A stretch of 62,612 nt of DNA, filler included, from Rhabdomonas costata (lineage: Eukaryota): the NCBI GenBank assembly GCA_019059605.1. It is 38 parts of 38 records of this genome, joined end to end, with 100 filler letters (N's around TTAATTAATTAA, not from the genome) between each part and the next. Parts side by side here need not be neighbours in the genome. Positions count along the whole stretch, not along the records: positions 61,063 to 62,612 come from JAHMHO010013278.1; 37 more parts are not named here. One strand, written 5' to 3'. The position numbers and the translations under genes are program-made. Under the pieces are notes generated by a model. That model did not search any database, was not told the origin of the DNA, and saw only the letters and a list, made by a program, of their open reading frames with translations. Positions 61,063 through 62,612 of this stretch are shown one piece after another (the first letter of the stretch is position 1; every line of letters starts with the position of its first letter).

Positions 61063-62180
61063 CCCCCGCGCCGTTCTTCAGCTGCGAGGGCTGCAGGCAC
61101 TGGTACATCAACGCGAGGTACACCGACCAGGGTATCACCGAGCAGGACCACTGCGAGTATGCATGCGTTACCGTGTAACTCGCGCTCGGCCAGTGCAGTT
61201 GTGAGTGAGTGTGTGTGTATGTGTGTGCTGGGCGATTGTGCACAGGCTCTTTGCGCAATTTTTCTCAATGCTTGTCGTGGCTTGGCTTGTTCGGCTTGGT
61301 GACGGTGTGTGTGTTGGGCGCATTGCGCGCTGGCTGTGTGTACGTATGTACGTATGACGGTGTGTGTGTGTGTGTGTGTGTGTACGTATGCATGCGCAGG
61401 CAAGACACAGCCTTTGCAGCGGTGCGGTTGACGAAATGGAACTGACGTATAATTTCGACCTTTCTTGTGCCAGTGAGAACGACGTTTTTTTTCGGGAGGC
61501 AAGGAAGTGGAACTCATTGTGGATTCCAGAATTTGCTATTCAAAACGAAATCGATAATCGCTGACATTGTCATCTGAAATCGTTCCGAAAGGTCCATCTG
61601 CAGACATCAACCCGCAATCCACATACAGCAAACAAAGAACACAGACAGGGAGACCAGGAGGAAACGAGGCCTTGTCAAAACGGAAAGAATTAATGTCTTC
61701 GGAAGAAATACAGGGAAAGGTTGAAAAGGATGTTGGCGAAGGTGTGTAGAATCGATTATTAATCGATTATTGCTTCGCTGGTAGCTACTGGAAAATGCAG
61801 CTAGCAGGAATGGCCTAATTCGTCAGACACAAACACAAGCACAAACACACCGTCAGAAAGCCGACCAAAACGGTGGCAAAGTACATCTTGTCCTTCTGCT
61901 GCTTAAACAGCTTGAACGAGGTCACTGTGGCGAAGAACCCGAAGATGATCGTCATCACCGAGAAGGCTCGGCAGACGTTAAGCAGGGCCATGCACTGGCT
62001 GCTGTACGGGAAGTTGCTGCTGCACGAGCTGTCCCAGCACGACGACCACAAGCCCTGGTGAGGCCCAGAATTGGGGCTGAGGAAGTACCACCACTCCCAC
62101 ATACATGTGCTGGCGATCCCCACCACCCAGGTCGCGAAGAAGCACAACGCCGCCACCGCCGGCAGGAACTTCTCCAACAT
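61063..62180 (-). CDS. Amastin/claudin-like tetraspan membrane protein; exons 61851-62180, 61063-61150
   Basis: TM1, W...GLWSSC....C loop, CRAFSVMTII TM2, then IPWSVY...C...KNGAG resembling the amastin TM3-YGAGF region. Confidence 0.75.
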
Positions 62181-62612
62181 CTTTGGCTGCTAGGAGTGTG
62201 GGCTTGCTTCCAGGGGAGAGATGAGGTTTGCAACTTAAATAGTATTGCTCACAATAAGGTCGTCTGAGGAGCGCAGGAAAGAGAAATGGGCTGGGAACAG
62301 AAGGCAGGTGCGAGAAGACTGGGTAGGTGGCTGGCATCACTATTAGCACACCGACATGGAATTATGGGCTGATATGTCATGGGACTGTTTTCTCTCGTTA
62401 ACAAATAAGACAGCAGAGGTCTCTCCAATGCTGACTTTTGAGTGACAGCAAGGAATCTACACATGCGGCAAAAATAAAAATGATTACCTTCTGACAGTAT
62501 CACACAGATATCTGAGACCGGGGGTCCTCCATAAGTCCTCCGCGAAAGAAGAAAAAAGAAAAAAGTCCTCCGCGCGACTTGAAGGTGGTCCTTTCGACCA
62601 CTACCCAAACAA

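Overview
This is not a contiguous locus. It is 38 unrelated contigs of about 1.55 kb (1541-1560 bp) joined by an artificial 100-bp spacer (44 N + TTAATTAATTAA + 44 N). Almost every contig starts with about 10 G/T-only bases and ends with the A/C complement; four ends match a GenomePlex-type whole-genome-amplification primer, so this looks like a WGA/single-cell assembly. The source is an intron-rich eukaryote, probably a euglenozoan such as a euglenid (inferred from an amastin/claudin-like gene, GUGUG-type donors and a 4E-IP-like N-terminus). Splicing by hand recovers partial genes largely missed by the ORF track: strumpellin/WASHC5 (7 exons), PP2A methylesterase PME-1, P4-ATPase ATP9/NEO1, glutamine-dependent NAD synthetase, PDR/ABCG transporter, TANGO2/NRDE-like, TSC2/RapGAP-like, class III cyclase, HscB, GT15-like, and TPR, LRR, ankyrin, UBL and LamG proteins. 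Mobile DNA includes a Ty3/gypsy pol pseudogene, a family of related LTRs, a double-palindrome MITE-like family and a (CTTAC)n-tailed repeat. Best leads: (1) a contig-spanning intronless ORF with a decayed homolog elsewhere, possibly an undescribed env-position accessory ORF of an LTR retrotransposon; (2) a trimeric coiled-coil ORF next to an LTR remnant; (3) frequent GC-AG introns with very weak donors; (4) an in-frame TAG inside a conserved PME-1 exon. All homology calls are by-eye motif recognition; no searches were run. No CRISPR array, rRNA or tRNA was found.
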